DNA from: Candidatus Bathyarchaeia archaeon
GTDB taxonomy: Archaea > Thermoproteota > Bathyarchaeia > 40CM-2-53-6
Direction: 5' to 3'
DNA: 64,000 nt
Assembly (NCBI GenBank): GCA_050013255.1
Contig: JBEKFP010000002.1
Span: forward strand, 480,001 to 544,000
The notes under the pieces are model-generated. The model had not been told where the DNA came from. It worked only from the letters and a program-made list of their open reading frames with translations, and did no database searches. Of this stretch, positions 35,862 to 46,271 are shown piece by piece (position 1 is the first letter of the stretch; each line of letters begins with the position of its first letter). The position numbers and the translations under genes are program-made.

Positions 35862-37397
35862 TTGAAGCTAGTTGAGTGTGTCCCGAATTTCAGCGAAGGC
35901 AGGAGAAGGAAAGTCATCGACGCGATTGTTGCAGAGGCAAAGGCGAGAAACGTAAAGGTCCTCGATATTGAATCGGACGCGGACCACAACCGCTCCGTCC
36001 TAACATTCGTCGGTGACCCTGAAGCGGTTAAGGAAGCGGCCTTGGCAGTCAGTGCCAAGGCGATTGAGCTTATAGACCTGAACAAGCACCAGGGCCAGCA
36101 CCCGCGAATGGGTGCAGTCGACGTGATACCCTTTATCCCGATCTCCGATGTAACTATGGCTGAATGTATTCAGTTAACCAAGGATTTCGCCAGCGAGTAT
36201 GCATCACGCTTCAAGGTTCCAGTATTCCTCTACGAGGAAACCGCAACACGGCCCGATCGGCGGAACTTGGCCGACGTAAGGAAGGGTGAGTTCGAAGGCC
36301 TGAGAACTGAGATTGGAAAGAACCCGGAAAAGAAACCTGACTTCGGCCCTAACGCAATTCATCCAACCGCCGGAGCTACCGCCATAGGAGCAAGACAGGT
36401 TCTCATAGCCTACAACGTGAACCTCGCAACGAACAATCTCGACGTGGCCAAGAAGATAGCTAAGCAAATTCGAGGAAAAGACGGGGGCCTAACCGCCGTG
36501 AAGGCACTAGGTTTCGAATTGAAGGACAGGGGCATCGTCCAAGTTTCCATGAATATGGTTGACTACAAGGCTAGCCAACTCTTCAAAGCCTTTGAACTAA
36601 TCAGAACCCTAGCAGAGAGCTACGGCGTTCAAGTTCTTGAAAGCGAAGTCGTGGGGCTCGTCCCAATGGAAGCCCTCACCGACAGCGCACAGTTCTATCT
36701 GCGGCTGCGGGGCTTCAACAACGGTCAGATTCTCGAACGCAAGCTAACTGAAACCAGCGGGAACAGGTTAATCGAAAAGAGCCTTTCGGGTTTCGTGACT
36801 GAAGTAGCCTCGGAGAAAGCGGTTCCGGGCGGTGGAAGCGTATCAGCTTTAGCTGGAGCCTTGGCGGCCAGCCTAGTTGGTATGGTCTGCCGCCTGACGG
36901 TCAAAAAACCCGGGTACGAGCAGCATTGGGCGCGTGCCAATGAAATTCTTACGGAAAGTGAGTCCGTCCAGAACACCCTTCTCGCCTTGGTCGATGAAGA
37001 CTCGAGAAGCTTCACGGAACTGCTGCAAACCTACCGCTTACCCAAGGAGAGTGAGGAGGAGAAACGCAAGAGGTCTGAGGAAATTCAAAAGGGATTGAAG
37101 GGGGCAGCGGAGGTACCGATGAGAACGGCTGAGAAGGCTGCGAAGGCATTGTCTTTAGCTAGAACTCTAGCCGAATTCGGCAACCAGAATGCACTTTCCG
37201 ACCTCCAAACCGCAATCCACCTAGCCCACGCAGGCGCGCTAGGCGCAATATCCAATGTGACCATAAACCTGGCAGCGATAAAGGATGAAAGTTACAAGAA
37301 ACAAGCGGGCGCCAGGCTTGAAGCCCTCCAGAAACAAATTGAAGCAGACAAGTCAGCTGCGCTCGCAGTATTGGCAAACAGAAATGTGAAAAATTAA
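35862..37397 (+). CDS. ftcd: Bifunctional glutamate formiminotransferase / formiminotetrahydrofolate cyclodeaminase
   Basis: VECVPNFSEGR, DHNRSV, HPRMGAVD, PGGGSVSA. Confidence 0.95.
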   Translation: MKLVECVPNFSEGRRRKVIDAIVAEAKARNVKVLDIESDADHNRSVLTFVGDPEAVKEAALAVSAKAIELIDLNKHQGQHPRMGAVDVIPFIPISDVTMAECIQLTKDFASEYASRFKVPVFLYEETATRPDRRNLADVRKGEFEGLRTEIGKNPEKKPDFGPNAIHPTAGATAIGARQVLIAYNVNLATNNLDVAKKIAKQIRGKDGGLTAVKALGFELKDRGIVQVSMNMVDYKASQLFKAFELIRTLAESYGVQVLESEVVGLVPMEALTDSAQFYLRLRGFNNGQILERKLTETSGNRLIEKSLSGFVTEVASEKAVPGGGSVSALAGALAASLVGMVCRLTVKKPGYEQHWARANEILTESESVQNTLLALVDEDSRSFTELLQTYRLPKESEEEKRKRSEEIQKGLKGAAEVPMRTAEKAAKALSLARTLAEFGNQNALSDLQTAIHLAHAGALGAISNVTINLAAIKDESYKKQAGARLEALQKQIEADKSAALAVLANRNVKN

Positions 37398-37443
37398 CTC
37401 GCATCGATAACAACAAAAACCAACTCAGAAATTAAAGAGAGAA

Positions 37444-37462
37444 GGCGGGAAATCAACCCGCC
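37444..37462 (-). terminator. Hairpin GGCGGG/CCCGCC followed by a pyrimidine tract on the minus strand
   Basis: Lies between the convergent ftcd and peptide genes. Confidence 0.5.
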
Positions 37463-37475
37463 GTAATCCCGACAC

Positions 37476-37550
37476 TTAAGCTACGTATTCCGTAGTGTCC
37501 CTTGCTTCACGACCTTCAAGCTTCATCTTGACCTTGCGTTTCTTCGCCAA
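37476..37550 (-). CDS. 24-aa peptide MAKKRKVKMKLEGREARDTTEYVA
   Basis: TTG start, perfect GGAGGTGA SD, TTAAATA box at about 37596-37602, downstream hairpin and T-rich tract. Confidence 0.65.
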   Translation of the reverse strand: MAKKRKVKMKLEGREARDTTEYVA

Positions 37551-37694
37551 CTTCTATTCACCTCCAACGATTAGCTAGAGCTAAGGCACTCATGGTATTT
37601 AACACGGCTTGGAGAAAAAAGGCAAAAGGGCGAATGTTCCACATTTCTACCGAAGCGAGCACAACGAAGTAAGCTTAGGCGCACAAGGGTTGAC

Positions 37695-38279
37695 TCATTT
37701 CTTGCCGCCTGTCTTTTCGTACATTCTTCGGAGCGTCCACCTTATGGCATTTTTGAGTTCGAGGAGGCGCCGGTCGTCACCGTAGTTCTGGATGTGAATT
37801 GCCCTCAGGCGGCCGTCGTCCTGTTCGACACTGTAAGTGAGAATGGCTTCCGGCGGAATCGTTCCAGCCGAGGCCGCTTCCTTATCCTTCGTTTGCATAG
37901 GCTCAAGGACTTTGGCTAGAAGAAATGACCGTAGGGGAGGCGAATTGGAATCCAAGTTGATGTTGGCCTCCGAAGTTACGTGAAGGGCGCCTTGCCCAAC
38001 CTGAATGGCCCCAATGCGGACACCGTCAACAGTCAGAACCGGAACACTATCAGCACCTTTAGGAATCATTTTGGGTTTTGCTGCGGGTTCGGGTTCGCTT
38101 GGCGAACTGATTTCAACCGGCCTGAAACTTCTCTCTGCAAGAAGCGAATCAACAACTTCTATGAAGGAACGCAGGTACGTCACTTCTTCTTCCTGTTGCT
38201 TCAAGCGCCGCTCCAAGAACGTCTTCATTTCTGCAAGTTTCTTGGTTAACTGTTGGTCAGACGAGGACAAAACGACCAC
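37695..38279 (-). CDS. Hypothetical protein with N-terminal coiled coil
   Basis: 194-aa ORF; heptad N-terminus; ends AIRWTLRRMYE. Confidence 0.8.
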   Translation of the reverse strand: MVVLSSSDQQLTKKLAEMKTFLERRLKQQEEEVTYLRSFIEVVDSLLAERSFRPVEISSPSEPEPAAKPKMIPKGADSVPVLTVDGVRIGAIQVGQGALHVTSEANINLDSNSPPLRSFLLAKVLEPMQTKDKEAASAGTIPPEAILTYSVEQDDGRLRAIHIQNYGDDRRLLELKNAIRWTLRRMYEKTGGKK

Positions 38280-38456
38280 CCGTACCTTTCGCCATTAGTC
38301 TGATCAACAATTAAAGGCCGCTCATGTAGCCTAACGGGCCTTCCCTGAATCCAGTTCCTTTTCAACAATACTTACTTTCCCCTCCCCTGTGCCTAAATGA
38401 ACGGTGCGAGACATAACCCACTTTAGTGAAATCAATTAAGTCTAGGTTGATACCGA

Positions 38457-40316
38457 TTGTCGTCCCCACTAAGTATGAGCGTCAAGAGACTCGGGCAGAT
38501 TCTCAAGGATGGGGCCGAAGGCCAAGTTGCAGAAAGTGAAGGTCGACTCCAGACTGCAAGCGATAACTATTGGCCTCTAGTCAAAGACTTGTTGATTACA
38601 GAGTTCAAGTTTGACAAATCACATGAAACAGCTCTGAAACTGTTCAGCAAAGACAAGGCCCGGTTCGCGGCAGTGGACGGCTCGGAAGACCAGAGGTTGT
38701 TAGGAGGTTTGGCGGTGTTTTGGGCTGGCTCGTACGCCGCAACAGGGTCGATTACATTCTACAAGGATCAACAACCAGACGTGGAATACGATACAGGGTT
38801 CGTTGAAAGAGGTCAAGGCCTAGCGAGCTGTGTTCCGATCTATGTGGACTCACTCCCGGAGGTCGACCCGCAGTCAACATTACACAAGAGCGGGCAACAG
38901 TTCACCATATCGGGACCGATGACGGAGCAGTCGACTGTTGACAATTCGACGATAGCAGATTGGATAATGTTGTTCTCAGAAATTTACCTCGCTCATCAGC
39001 TTGCGGCGTCAAAGCAATACGAAATCATTCTCCTTGATAGGTCGCTCTCTGGGACGCTGAGCAATCTGATATACGATACAGCAAAGCGACCCTTGTGGAA
39101 ACGTCAATGCGCAATCTTCGGTTTTGAAATTGATAATGTCCCAATCGACGAAACAGAGCTAGCTTATGGTAGATATCACACACCAAAACTGGACGGCTCC
39201 TTACCTCCCCGTGGAGATTACCTGCGCTATTCCACCATCTTTCTCTTGCAGAAACATAACAGAGCGCTCAGTCTCTCTGAGATTGCGAATGAATTGAATT
39301 ACTCTGCCGAGGATCAGCTTACCCGATTGACCCGTTTTGTTAAGAAATCAGCAGAGGAGGGATACCTCCAAGAATCAAATGCGAAGTACAGCGCGACCCC
39401 CCGCTATTCAAACACTTGGAACCGCCTGCGTAAACTAGTCGAATTGTTCGGTGTCCGGTTCTTTACCGGCAGCACAGGAAATCCACTCCGCATCGCAGAT
39501 GGTAGCGAACCTCGGTGGATAACAACACTTGACCTTGCTTTCCTCTGCCTTTTCGCTTTCAACCTTCTAATTGAAGAATCACAAGAAAACCATATTCTCC
39601 TGCTCGGCATCACAAAAGACACAACGGCAAGGGATCTCATCAGCCACCTCATTCCCGTATCACTCAAAGAAGGAATTTGGAAGCAAAAAGTCCAACACGT
39701 CGCGACAACCGACAGAATGCTATTGCAAGCGATCAGCATGTTTCATCACAGCGACCTACCCATACCCTGGGCTACGCTTGAGTACGACACTGCCTTTCAG
39801 ACAATAGTCCCAGACTTTCAGCATAGAGAGGGCTATGTCTCGGGGGCAATCAGCAATCGTATCATTCTTGAACAACGCTTCGTAAAATCCTACATTCAAC
39901 TTGATAAAGCCAAATCTGACGACCAGTTCAGAAGCAACGTATTGTTCATTGACCGTTTGTATCATGACCTCGAGAAGGCGCCCGCGTTAAAGCTCAAACA
40001 TGATTACGCAAGCACAATAGAGGAAATTCAGCCAGTCCTCTGGGATTCGAAACTGTCGCCGAACCGGGTCCAAGAACTCACTATGGTAACTCTGAAGGCG
40101 ATGACACAGCAAAGCCTTCCGGAAGTTTTTGGCCACAATAAACCGCTCTACATTGCTGACAAGATCGTCAAGGCTCAGAGGGACCGCGCAGCAGAAATAG
40201 TCAAAGCCACTGGCCACTGGCTAGTAATACATCCAAAGCTGAGGAAGTTCTCATTCTACATGAACACTTTCCGGGCACGAAGGAGCGAGGTTGAGAGTGC
40301 AAGAACCAGGGCTTAG
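38457..40316 (+). CDS. Large NurA-like nuclease with internal winged-helix insertion
   Basis: FAAVDGS, ILLDRSL, GITKD, FGHNKPLYIAD; overlaps HerA. Confidence 0.75.
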   Translation: MSSPLSMSVKRLGQILKDGAEGQVAESEGRLQTASDNYWPLVKDLLITEFKFDKSHETALKLFSKDKARFAAVDGSEDQRLLGGLAVFWAGSYAATGSITFYKDQQPDVEYDTGFVERGQGLASCVPIYVDSLPEVDPQSTLHKSGQQFTISGPMTEQSTVDNSTIADWIMLFSEIYLAHQLAASKQYEIILLDRSLSGTLSNLIYDTAKRPLWKRQCAIFGFEIDNVPIDETELAYGRYHTPKLDGSLPPRGDYLRYSTIFLLQKHNRALSLSEIANELNYSAEDQLTRLTRFVKKSAEEGYLQESNAKYSATPRYSNTWNRLRKLVELFGVRFFTGSTGNPLRIADGSEPRWITTLDLAFLCLFAFNLLIEESQENHILLLGITKDTTARDLISHLIPVSLKEGIWKQKVQHVATTDRMLLQAISMFHHSDLPIPWATLEYDTAFQTIVPDFQHREGYVSGAISNRIILEQRFVKSYIQLDKAKSDDQFRSNVLFIDRLYHDLEKAPALKLKHDYASTIEEIQPVLWDSKLSPNRVQELTMVTLKAMTQQSLPEVFGHNKPLYIADKIVKAQRDRAAEIVKATGHWLVIHPKLRKFSFYMNTFRARRSEVESARTRA

Positions 40317-42162
40317 CCGCCACTTCACCGACCTGAACAACCGGTTCGACGCGAGGTTATCGGCCGTCTTGGCCATAAGGAGAGCTGAGGTCTCCGCTGA
40401 GACTACAGGCTTCTCAGCAAAATACGAATGCCGTGCGAAGGCCCAGTATCAGAAAGACCTGATGGGCCTCCTCGAAGAGGGCATGCTATTGGCTGTGCGC
40501 AATTTCAAAGCAAAGAAACATAACGGCAACCGCTTCACGCTCCTCGAAATTTCCCGCATCGGACCAGAACACTTTGGGCTCAGAGGGTTGTCTGACCAGA
40601 GCTACTACCCTTACCAGTTTGAGATAATCGAACAGAGCGTTTCAGACTGGGATACTGACGATAAGGCAACGATGATGATTCAACTAGGAGCTATTCCCCT
40701 TAACTACGATTTGATTCTCGACGGCGTAGACCAACAGTATACGAAAGGGTTCACTTACCCAATAGTTGGCGAACGAGTATTCATCCTAAGTAAGAACACC
40801 ATCCATAGGATGTACAACCGACGGCTGCTCGAGGAACTTGGCCTAACCTGGAACGAGGATAGAATCTCAACCTTCGGCGACGCTCGAAAGGATCCACGGA
40901 TTGGCGTCATCAAGATGTTCCAAGAGGAGAAGGATCCAATTCCAATTTACGTTAGCTTCGAAAGGCTGGCTAGATACCACTTCGGAGTATTCTCTTTCAC
41001 AGGTGGCGGGAAGAGCAATCTCGTTTCCAACATCCTAAGAAGAATAATGTACCATACGAAGACCACGAAAATTGTCATATTCGACATATCGATGGAGTAT
41101 CCCTTTCTGCTCCAAGACGTTTTTTCCGACAAGACGATAAACAGCAAAATCATCACCGACGTCCCCATCGCCGACGCTGAACATTTCAGGAAAATCATCG
41201 TGACTCCGAGAAAATTCGAAAAAGCGGACATCTCACCGACACTAAAGTCGATCCTCACCTTAGGCCGCGTGGGCCATTTCGCAGAAGGAAGCGAGCATCC
41301 CCCAACTTACGAAGATATTCTTGAAGAAATCAAACTCCTTGCGCTGGACGACATGAAGAAGGTTGTAAACCTAAACGCGATCAACCAAATCAAACTCAAG
41401 ATATTGCAATGGATCAAGGATAATCATGCAGAACGTTCACAAACGGTCACGCAAGCATTTCTTCAATATTTGCAAACTGAAGCCGTAAGCACGCTTGACA
41501 GATTCAAGGTGTGGAAGAATAGCGGACTCTACGCATGGGCTTCAACCCGATCAGAACTAGCTCCACTCCTTCAGCCCGAAGAGAAGGTGAAGGACGATAA
41601 ATCCTTTGGAGCAGAAAAAATAGTCCAGCTTCTCGAAGGCGACACGAGGCTACTGTGTCTCTCAATCGCAGAACCGAGCGTCGTGAAACAACTCGCCATC
41701 ACGTTAACCTCCGACATGTTGCGACATAGGAAACGCGAATTTCAGGTAGAACCGCAGGTTCTCTTCGTCTTCGATGAAGCTCAAGAATTCATCCCAGCCT
41801 ACGATAAGGCCAGGGGCATAGACTCCACTTGCACACAACGCATAGAGACATTGCTAAGACAAGGAAGAAAATACGGACTGGGGGGATGCGTTGCCACTCA
41901 ACGAATTGCTTACCTTAACACGAACGCCTTGCAACAATTGCACACATACTTCGTCGGCCCCTTGCCGCGGCCTTACGACCGAAGCCTCGTGAGCAGCACG
42001 TTTACAATTGATCAAAGCATTCTTGAGAAAACGCTTGAGTTTGCCCCTGGTCAGTGGCTGCTATCTAGCTATATTGCGACTGGGATGGAAAATGTCCCAA
42101 TATTCATAACCGCTGATAACTCGGAGATTGAATTGGAACGAGTCATACCCATGAAACGCTAA
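40291..42162 (+). CDS. HerA/FtsK-family ATPase
   Basis: HFGVFSFTGGGKS, FVFDEAQEF, RQGRKYGLG, ATQR. Confidence 0.9.
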   Translation: MRVQEPGLSRHFTDLNNRFDARLSAVLAIRRAEVSAETTGFSAKYECRAKAQYQKDLMGLLEEGMLLAVRNFKAKKHNGNRFTLLEISRIGPEHFGLRGLSDQSYYPYQFEIIEQSVSDWDTDDKATMMIQLGAIPLNYDLILDGVDQQYTKGFTYPIVGERVFILSKNTIHRMYNRRLLEELGLTWNEDRISTFGDARKDPRIGVIKMFQEEKDPIPIYVSFERLARYHFGVFSFTGGGKSNLVSNILRRIMYHTKTTKIVIFDISMEYPFLLQDVFSDKTINSKIITDVPIADAEHFRKIIVTPRKFEKADISPTLKSILTLGRVGHFAEGSEHPPTYEDILEEIKLLALDDMKKVVNLNAINQIKLKILQWIKDNHAERSQTVTQAFLQYLQTEAVSTLDRFKVWKNSGLYAWASTRSELAPLLQPEEKVKDDKSFGAEKIVQLLEGDTRLLCLSIAEPSVVKQLAITLTSDMLRHRKREFQVEPQVLFVFDEAQEFIPAYDKARGIDSTCTQRIETLLRQGRKYGLGGCVATQRIAYLNTNALQQLHTYFVGPLPRPYDRSLVSSTFTIDQSILEKTLEFAPGQWLLSSYIATGMENVPIFITADNSEIELERVIPMKR

Positions 42163-42338
42163 CAGAACTGCGTCAGTCTCATTCCCCTTGGTATCCATCG
42201 AATCGACTTAAATACAAATGAGAGCGTTCATTTGCTCGGTGCCTGACACATGGGTGACGGCTTTAACAAGGCAAACCTTGGCACGTAACTCACCTACAGA
42301 ATCCGCGTTATCGACATTTTCTCTGGGAGGATCATGCG

Positions 42339-43655
42339 TTGGATGAAGTGCCCACCATCGTGGATATTTTCGCGGGAAAGCTCGACGGTGCACATGTCGT
42401 CTTTAGAGGGTGGCTACACCACATTCGAAGTAGCGGAGGCATTCTCTTTCTTCAACTGCGCGACGGGACGGGCGTTATACAGTGCACGCTGAAGAAGGAT
42501 AAGACGGATCCGACGGAATTTGAGCGCTTAGCCGCTACGCCTATCGAGAGTACGATAGAAATCTCAGGGGAAGTTAGGAAAGACCCCCGGGCACCCCGCG
42601 GGTACGAGATTCAGGTTGAGAAAGTCACAGTGGCTTTTCCGGCCGAAGATGGCTATCCCATTGCGGATGAGAAGAGCCGCCGTCATCACGGACCCGACTT
42701 TCTACTCGACCAGAGGCACCTGTGGCTGAGAAGCCAGAAGATGCAGGCAATTATGCGAGTGCGGGGCCGCCTGATAGACGAAGCGAGAAGATGGCTCATA
42801 GATCACGGTTACCTTGAGGTCCAAGTTCCGATACTTGTCACCGCGGCTGTGGAAGGTGGTTCGACACTTTTCCCAGTCAAGTATTTCGATCAGAAAGCCT
42901 ACCTAACCCAGAGCTGGCAGTTCTATGCTGAAGCAATGATCTCCGGCGTGGGAAAAATCTTCACGCTAGCACCATCGTTTCGAGCGGAAAAGTCAAGGAC
43001 AAGAAGACACCTGACCGAATATTGGCACCTAGAAGTGGAAGAACCCTGGTTGGAACTCGACGGCCTAATGCACCTCGAGGAAGAACTGGTAACGCAAATG
43101 TGCCAACAGATGCGAGAGAAAATGCCCGAGGAATTGAAGTTCATCGGGAGGGATCCCGAACAAATTGCGAAGGTTAAGCCGCCATTTCCAAGAATAACAT
43201 ACGACGAGGCTGTTGACCTAGTCCAAAAATCAAACCCCAGCTTCAAATGGGGAATCGACCTAGCTTACGAGGAAGAGAAAGTTCTCACCGAGCACTTTGA
43301 ACTGCCATTCTTCGTCAGCCACTACCCAAAAAGCGTCAAAGCATTTTATCATATGCCCGACCCGAAAAACACCAAGGTAACACTATCAACGGACCTGCTC
43401 GCGCCCGAAGGCTACGGGGAGATCACGGGCGGCGGCCAACGCATCCACGACGCAAAGCTTCTCCTCGCAAGAATAAAGGAAGAAGGATTGAGCGCTGAAG
43501 ACTACAAATGGTACATCGACCTCCGTCGCTATGGAACCGTTCCGCATTCGGGTTTCGGAATGGGAATTGAGAGGACTTTGGCGTGGATTTGTAAGCTGGA
43601 ACACATCAGAGATGCAATTGCATTCCCACGATTGATAAACCGCATCTACCCCTAG
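42339..43655 (+). CDS. asnS: Asparaginyl-tRNA synthetase
   Basis: LTQSWQFY, FRAEKSRTRRHLTEY, PEGYGEITGG, PHSGFGMGIER. Confidence 0.93.
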   Translation: MDEVPTIVDIFAGKLDGAHVVFRGWLHHIRSSGGILFLQLRDGTGVIQCTLKKDKTDPTEFERLAATPIESTIEISGEVRKDPRAPRGYEIQVEKVTVAFPAEDGYPIADEKSRRHHGPDFLLDQRHLWLRSQKMQAIMRVRGRLIDEARRWLIDHGYLEVQVPILVTAAVEGGSTLFPVKYFDQKAYLTQSWQFYAEAMISGVGKIFTLAPSFRAEKSRTRRHLTEYWHLEVEEPWLELDGLMHLEEELVTQMCQQMREKMPEELKFIGRDPEQIAKVKPPFPRITYDEAVDLVQKSNPSFKWGIDLAYEEEKVLTEHFELPFFVSHYPKSVKAFYHMPDPKNTKVTLSTDLLAPEGYGEITGGGQRIHDAKLLLARIKEEGLSAEDYKWYIDLRRYGTVPHSGFGMGIERTLAWICKLEHIRDAIAFPRLINRIYP

Positions 43656-43676
43656 CCACAACCAAGCTGTGAGCTA

Positions 43677-44507
43677 ATGCTGCAAATCAGGAGAATGCGA
43701 TTTGACGACATCCCATACGCCCTCCGACTTACAGACCAAGAAAAGTGGGGGGTAACGCGTGCCGACCTTCTCAGAATTCTGAAGCTTGACCCGAGAGGTT
43801 CCTTCATTGCCGCAAAGGGTTCACGGAGAGTCGGCCTTATCACAACAACTCGATACGGCAGAAAACTCGCCTGGATTGGGAACGTCATAGTTGACCGAAA
43901 CTACCGTGGGGCACACATAGGCCAGTCCCTCGTCCAAATTGCGCTAGAACACCTACAGAAATCAAACGTCAAACATATCGCACTTTACTGCTTCGATGAA
44001 AACGTCAGATTCTACCGCAGGCTCGGGTTCATTCGCGACGCCCCATTCGTCAGGCTCAGAGGTAAATCAACACGTGCAGCTTCCCTTGCACATATGGCTC
44101 AGCAAACGCTCCCCCTAGGAGGTGTGCTATCCTTGGATAGGAGAGCATTCGGAGCTAACCGCTCACAGCTAATACGCATGACACTACGCTCCAAATCTGG
44201 ATGGTACCTGAGTTCATCAAACTCCTACATGCTGGTCAAGGAATCCAAGGAAATGTGCGAGATTGGACCGTGGGTTTCCAGCAAGCAGCCCATGGACCAA
44301 GCAAGTGAATTGCTTGACCTAGCTGTACGCGTGATCGGGGAAAAGCCGATAGAGGTTTCCTGCCTACGAAACCACCCAGCTTACGGACTCTTCAGGAAAC
44401 ATGGTTTTCGAGTGATGAGCCACGGCTACCGCATGTATCTCAGTAGGATCGCTAGAATTGGGGACCATGCAGCCAACTTCGCGCTCGGGTTCTTAGACAA
44501 GGGATAA
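43677..44507 (+). CDS. GNAT acetyltransferase (YitH-like two-domain)
   Basis: WIGNVIVDRNYRGAHIG, FYRRLGF, DRRAFGANR, IGPW. Confidence 0.88.
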   Translation: MLQIRRMRFDDIPYALRLTDQEKWGVTRADLLRILKLDPRGSFIAAKGSRRVGLITTTRYGRKLAWIGNVIVDRNYRGAHIGQSLVQIALEHLQKSNVKHIALYCFDENVRFYRRLGFIRDAPFVRLRGKSTRAASLAHMAQQTLPLGGVLSLDRRAFGANRSQLIRMTLRSKSGWYLSSSNSYMLVKESKEMCEIGPWVSSKQPMDQASELLDLAVRVIGEKPIEVSCLRNHPAYGLFRKHGFRVMSHGYRMYLSRIARIGDHAANFALGFLDKG

Positions 44508-44515
44508 TTGCCGAA

Positions 44516-46174
44516 CTAAGCGGCCGCCTTTTGTAGTAAGGGCATTAGTTCCGGTGCGGGTTTTCCCAGCTTCTTGTCGAGTGCAGCTTTAATCAAGCCG
44601 TAGTATGGCGGTGAGGCCCTGCTTGGCCGAGATTTGAATTCAGCGTGGAACTGAGTTCCCATGTAGAAGTACTTGTCTGGCAACTCAAAGATTTCCATTC
44701 TCCTCCCGTCCATGCTACAGCCAGAAAATACTCCGCCACCCTTCACAATCCGGTCGATATAGTCGGGGTTGACTTCATACCTGTGCCTGTGCCTTTCAGA
44801 GATTATTTCGCGTCCGTACAGGAAGCTGGCGGTCGTATTCGGCGTGATGCGTATTTCATGCGCGCCGAGCCGCATCGTTGCACCTTTCGAATCCACCCCC
44901 AGCTGCTCAGGCATAAGGTCAATGATAGGTTGAGGAGTTTTCGGATTGATCTCTGTGCTATTCGCGTTTCTCAAGCCGAGATGCCTGGCAAATTCAACTA
45001 CCGCCAGCTGGAATCCGAAGCATATCCCCAGTGTGGGGATGTTCTTCTCTCGAGCGTACGACAGAGCAGCGATCTTTCCTTCGGTGCCACGCGATCCGAA
45101 TCCTCCTGGTATCAGGACCCCATTGAATTGTGATAGCATTGTGCAATTGTTAGGGTCCCTCTCGAATAGTTCTGTTTCGACCCATTCAATCTCAACTCGC
45201 GCGTCACAGGCCCCGCCAGCATGTTTCAAAGCTTCGTTTACACTCACGTAAGAGTCTGCCAGCTCGGCGTACTTTCCGCAAAGTGCGATCCGAATGACTT
45301 CACGCGGGTTTGATATACGTTCAACAACTCGTTTCCACTGTGCCCAATCGACCTCGTGTTTCGCGAGGGCGAATCGGTCGGTTAGAAAATCTCCCATTCC
45401 CTGCGAATCAAGTTCAAGGGGTGTTTGATATATGGTTGGAAGGTCGGGCGCCGCGAAGACTGCACGTTCCTCAACATTACAGAAAAGCGCAATTTTCTTT
45501 CGAGGATTCGGATTGAGAGGCCCTTTAGTCCGGGCAACGATCAAATCGGGCTGAATACCAATTCTACGCAGCTCTTGTACGCTATGCTGCGTTGGTTTAG
45601 TTTTCTGTTCGCCCACGACGTCCAATGCGGGAACTATAGTGACGTGAGCGAAGAGAACGTTTCGGTGTTCCTCTTCGAACTTTAGTTGGCGAGCGGCCTC
45701 GAGGTATGGGAGGCTTTCAATATCTCCTACAGTGCCGCCGATTTCGACGAGAAGAACGTCCGGCTGCACCTTCGAAGCGATGCCTCTAACAACCAACTTA
45801 ATTTCATCCGTGATATGAGGGATAATTTGGACGCATTGTCCAAGAAAGTCGCCGCGCCGTTCTTTGTTTATGACCGCCGTGTATATCTGGCCGGTAGTTG
45901 TGTTGTGGCTCCGGGACAGGTTGATGTCGAGGAACCTCTCATATGTCCCCAAATCCATGTCGATTTCCCCGCCATCGTCTGTGACAAATACCTCTCCGTG
46001 GGCAACTGGATTCATTGTTCCAGCGTCAACGTTCAGGTAGGGGTCAATCTTCATTGCAGTGACGTTGAAGCCCCTCATTTGCAGGAGCTTTGCAATCGAA
46101 GCGGCGGTAATGCCTTTCCCTATTCCGGACATGACGCCGCCGGTGATGAACAAATACCTCGTATCTGTCGGCAT
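44516..46174 (-). CDS. pyrG: CTP synthase
   Basis: [28 protein letters not shown]. Confidence 0.98.
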   Translation of the reverse strand: MPTDTRYLFITGGVMSGIGKGITAASIAKLLQMRGFNVTAMKIDPYLNVDAGTMNPVAHGEVFVTDDGGEIDMDLGTYERFLDINLSRSHNTTTGQIYTAVINKERRGDFLGQCVQIIPHITDEIKLVVRGIASKVQPDVLLVEIGGTVGDIESLPYLEAARQLKFEEEHRNVLFAHVTIVPALDVVGEQKTKPTQHSVQELRRIGIQPDLIVARTKGPLNPNPRKKIALFCNVEERAVFAAPDLPTIYQTPLELDSQGMGDFLTDRFALAKHEVDWAQWKRVVERISNPREVIRIALCGKYAELADSYVSVNEALKHAGGACDARVEIEWVETELFERDPNNCTMLSQFNGVLIPGGFGSRGTEGKIAALSYAREKNIPTLGICFGFQLAVVEFARHLGLRNANSTEINPKTPQPIIDLMPEQLGVDSKGATMRLGAHEIRITPNTTASFLYGREIISERHRHRYEVNPDYIDRIVKGGGVFSGCSMDGRRMEIFELPDKYFYMGTQFHAEFKSRPSRASPPYYGLIKAALDKKLGKPAPELMPLLQKAAA

Positions 46175-46271
46175 AAATCACACGAACCAGTCGTGCAACT
46201 TAAAGCTTCTCCGATAGGAAGCCGGAGAAAATTGAGGAAGAGCTGAAGGAAGCGGAGCTGTTTGTATTCTG

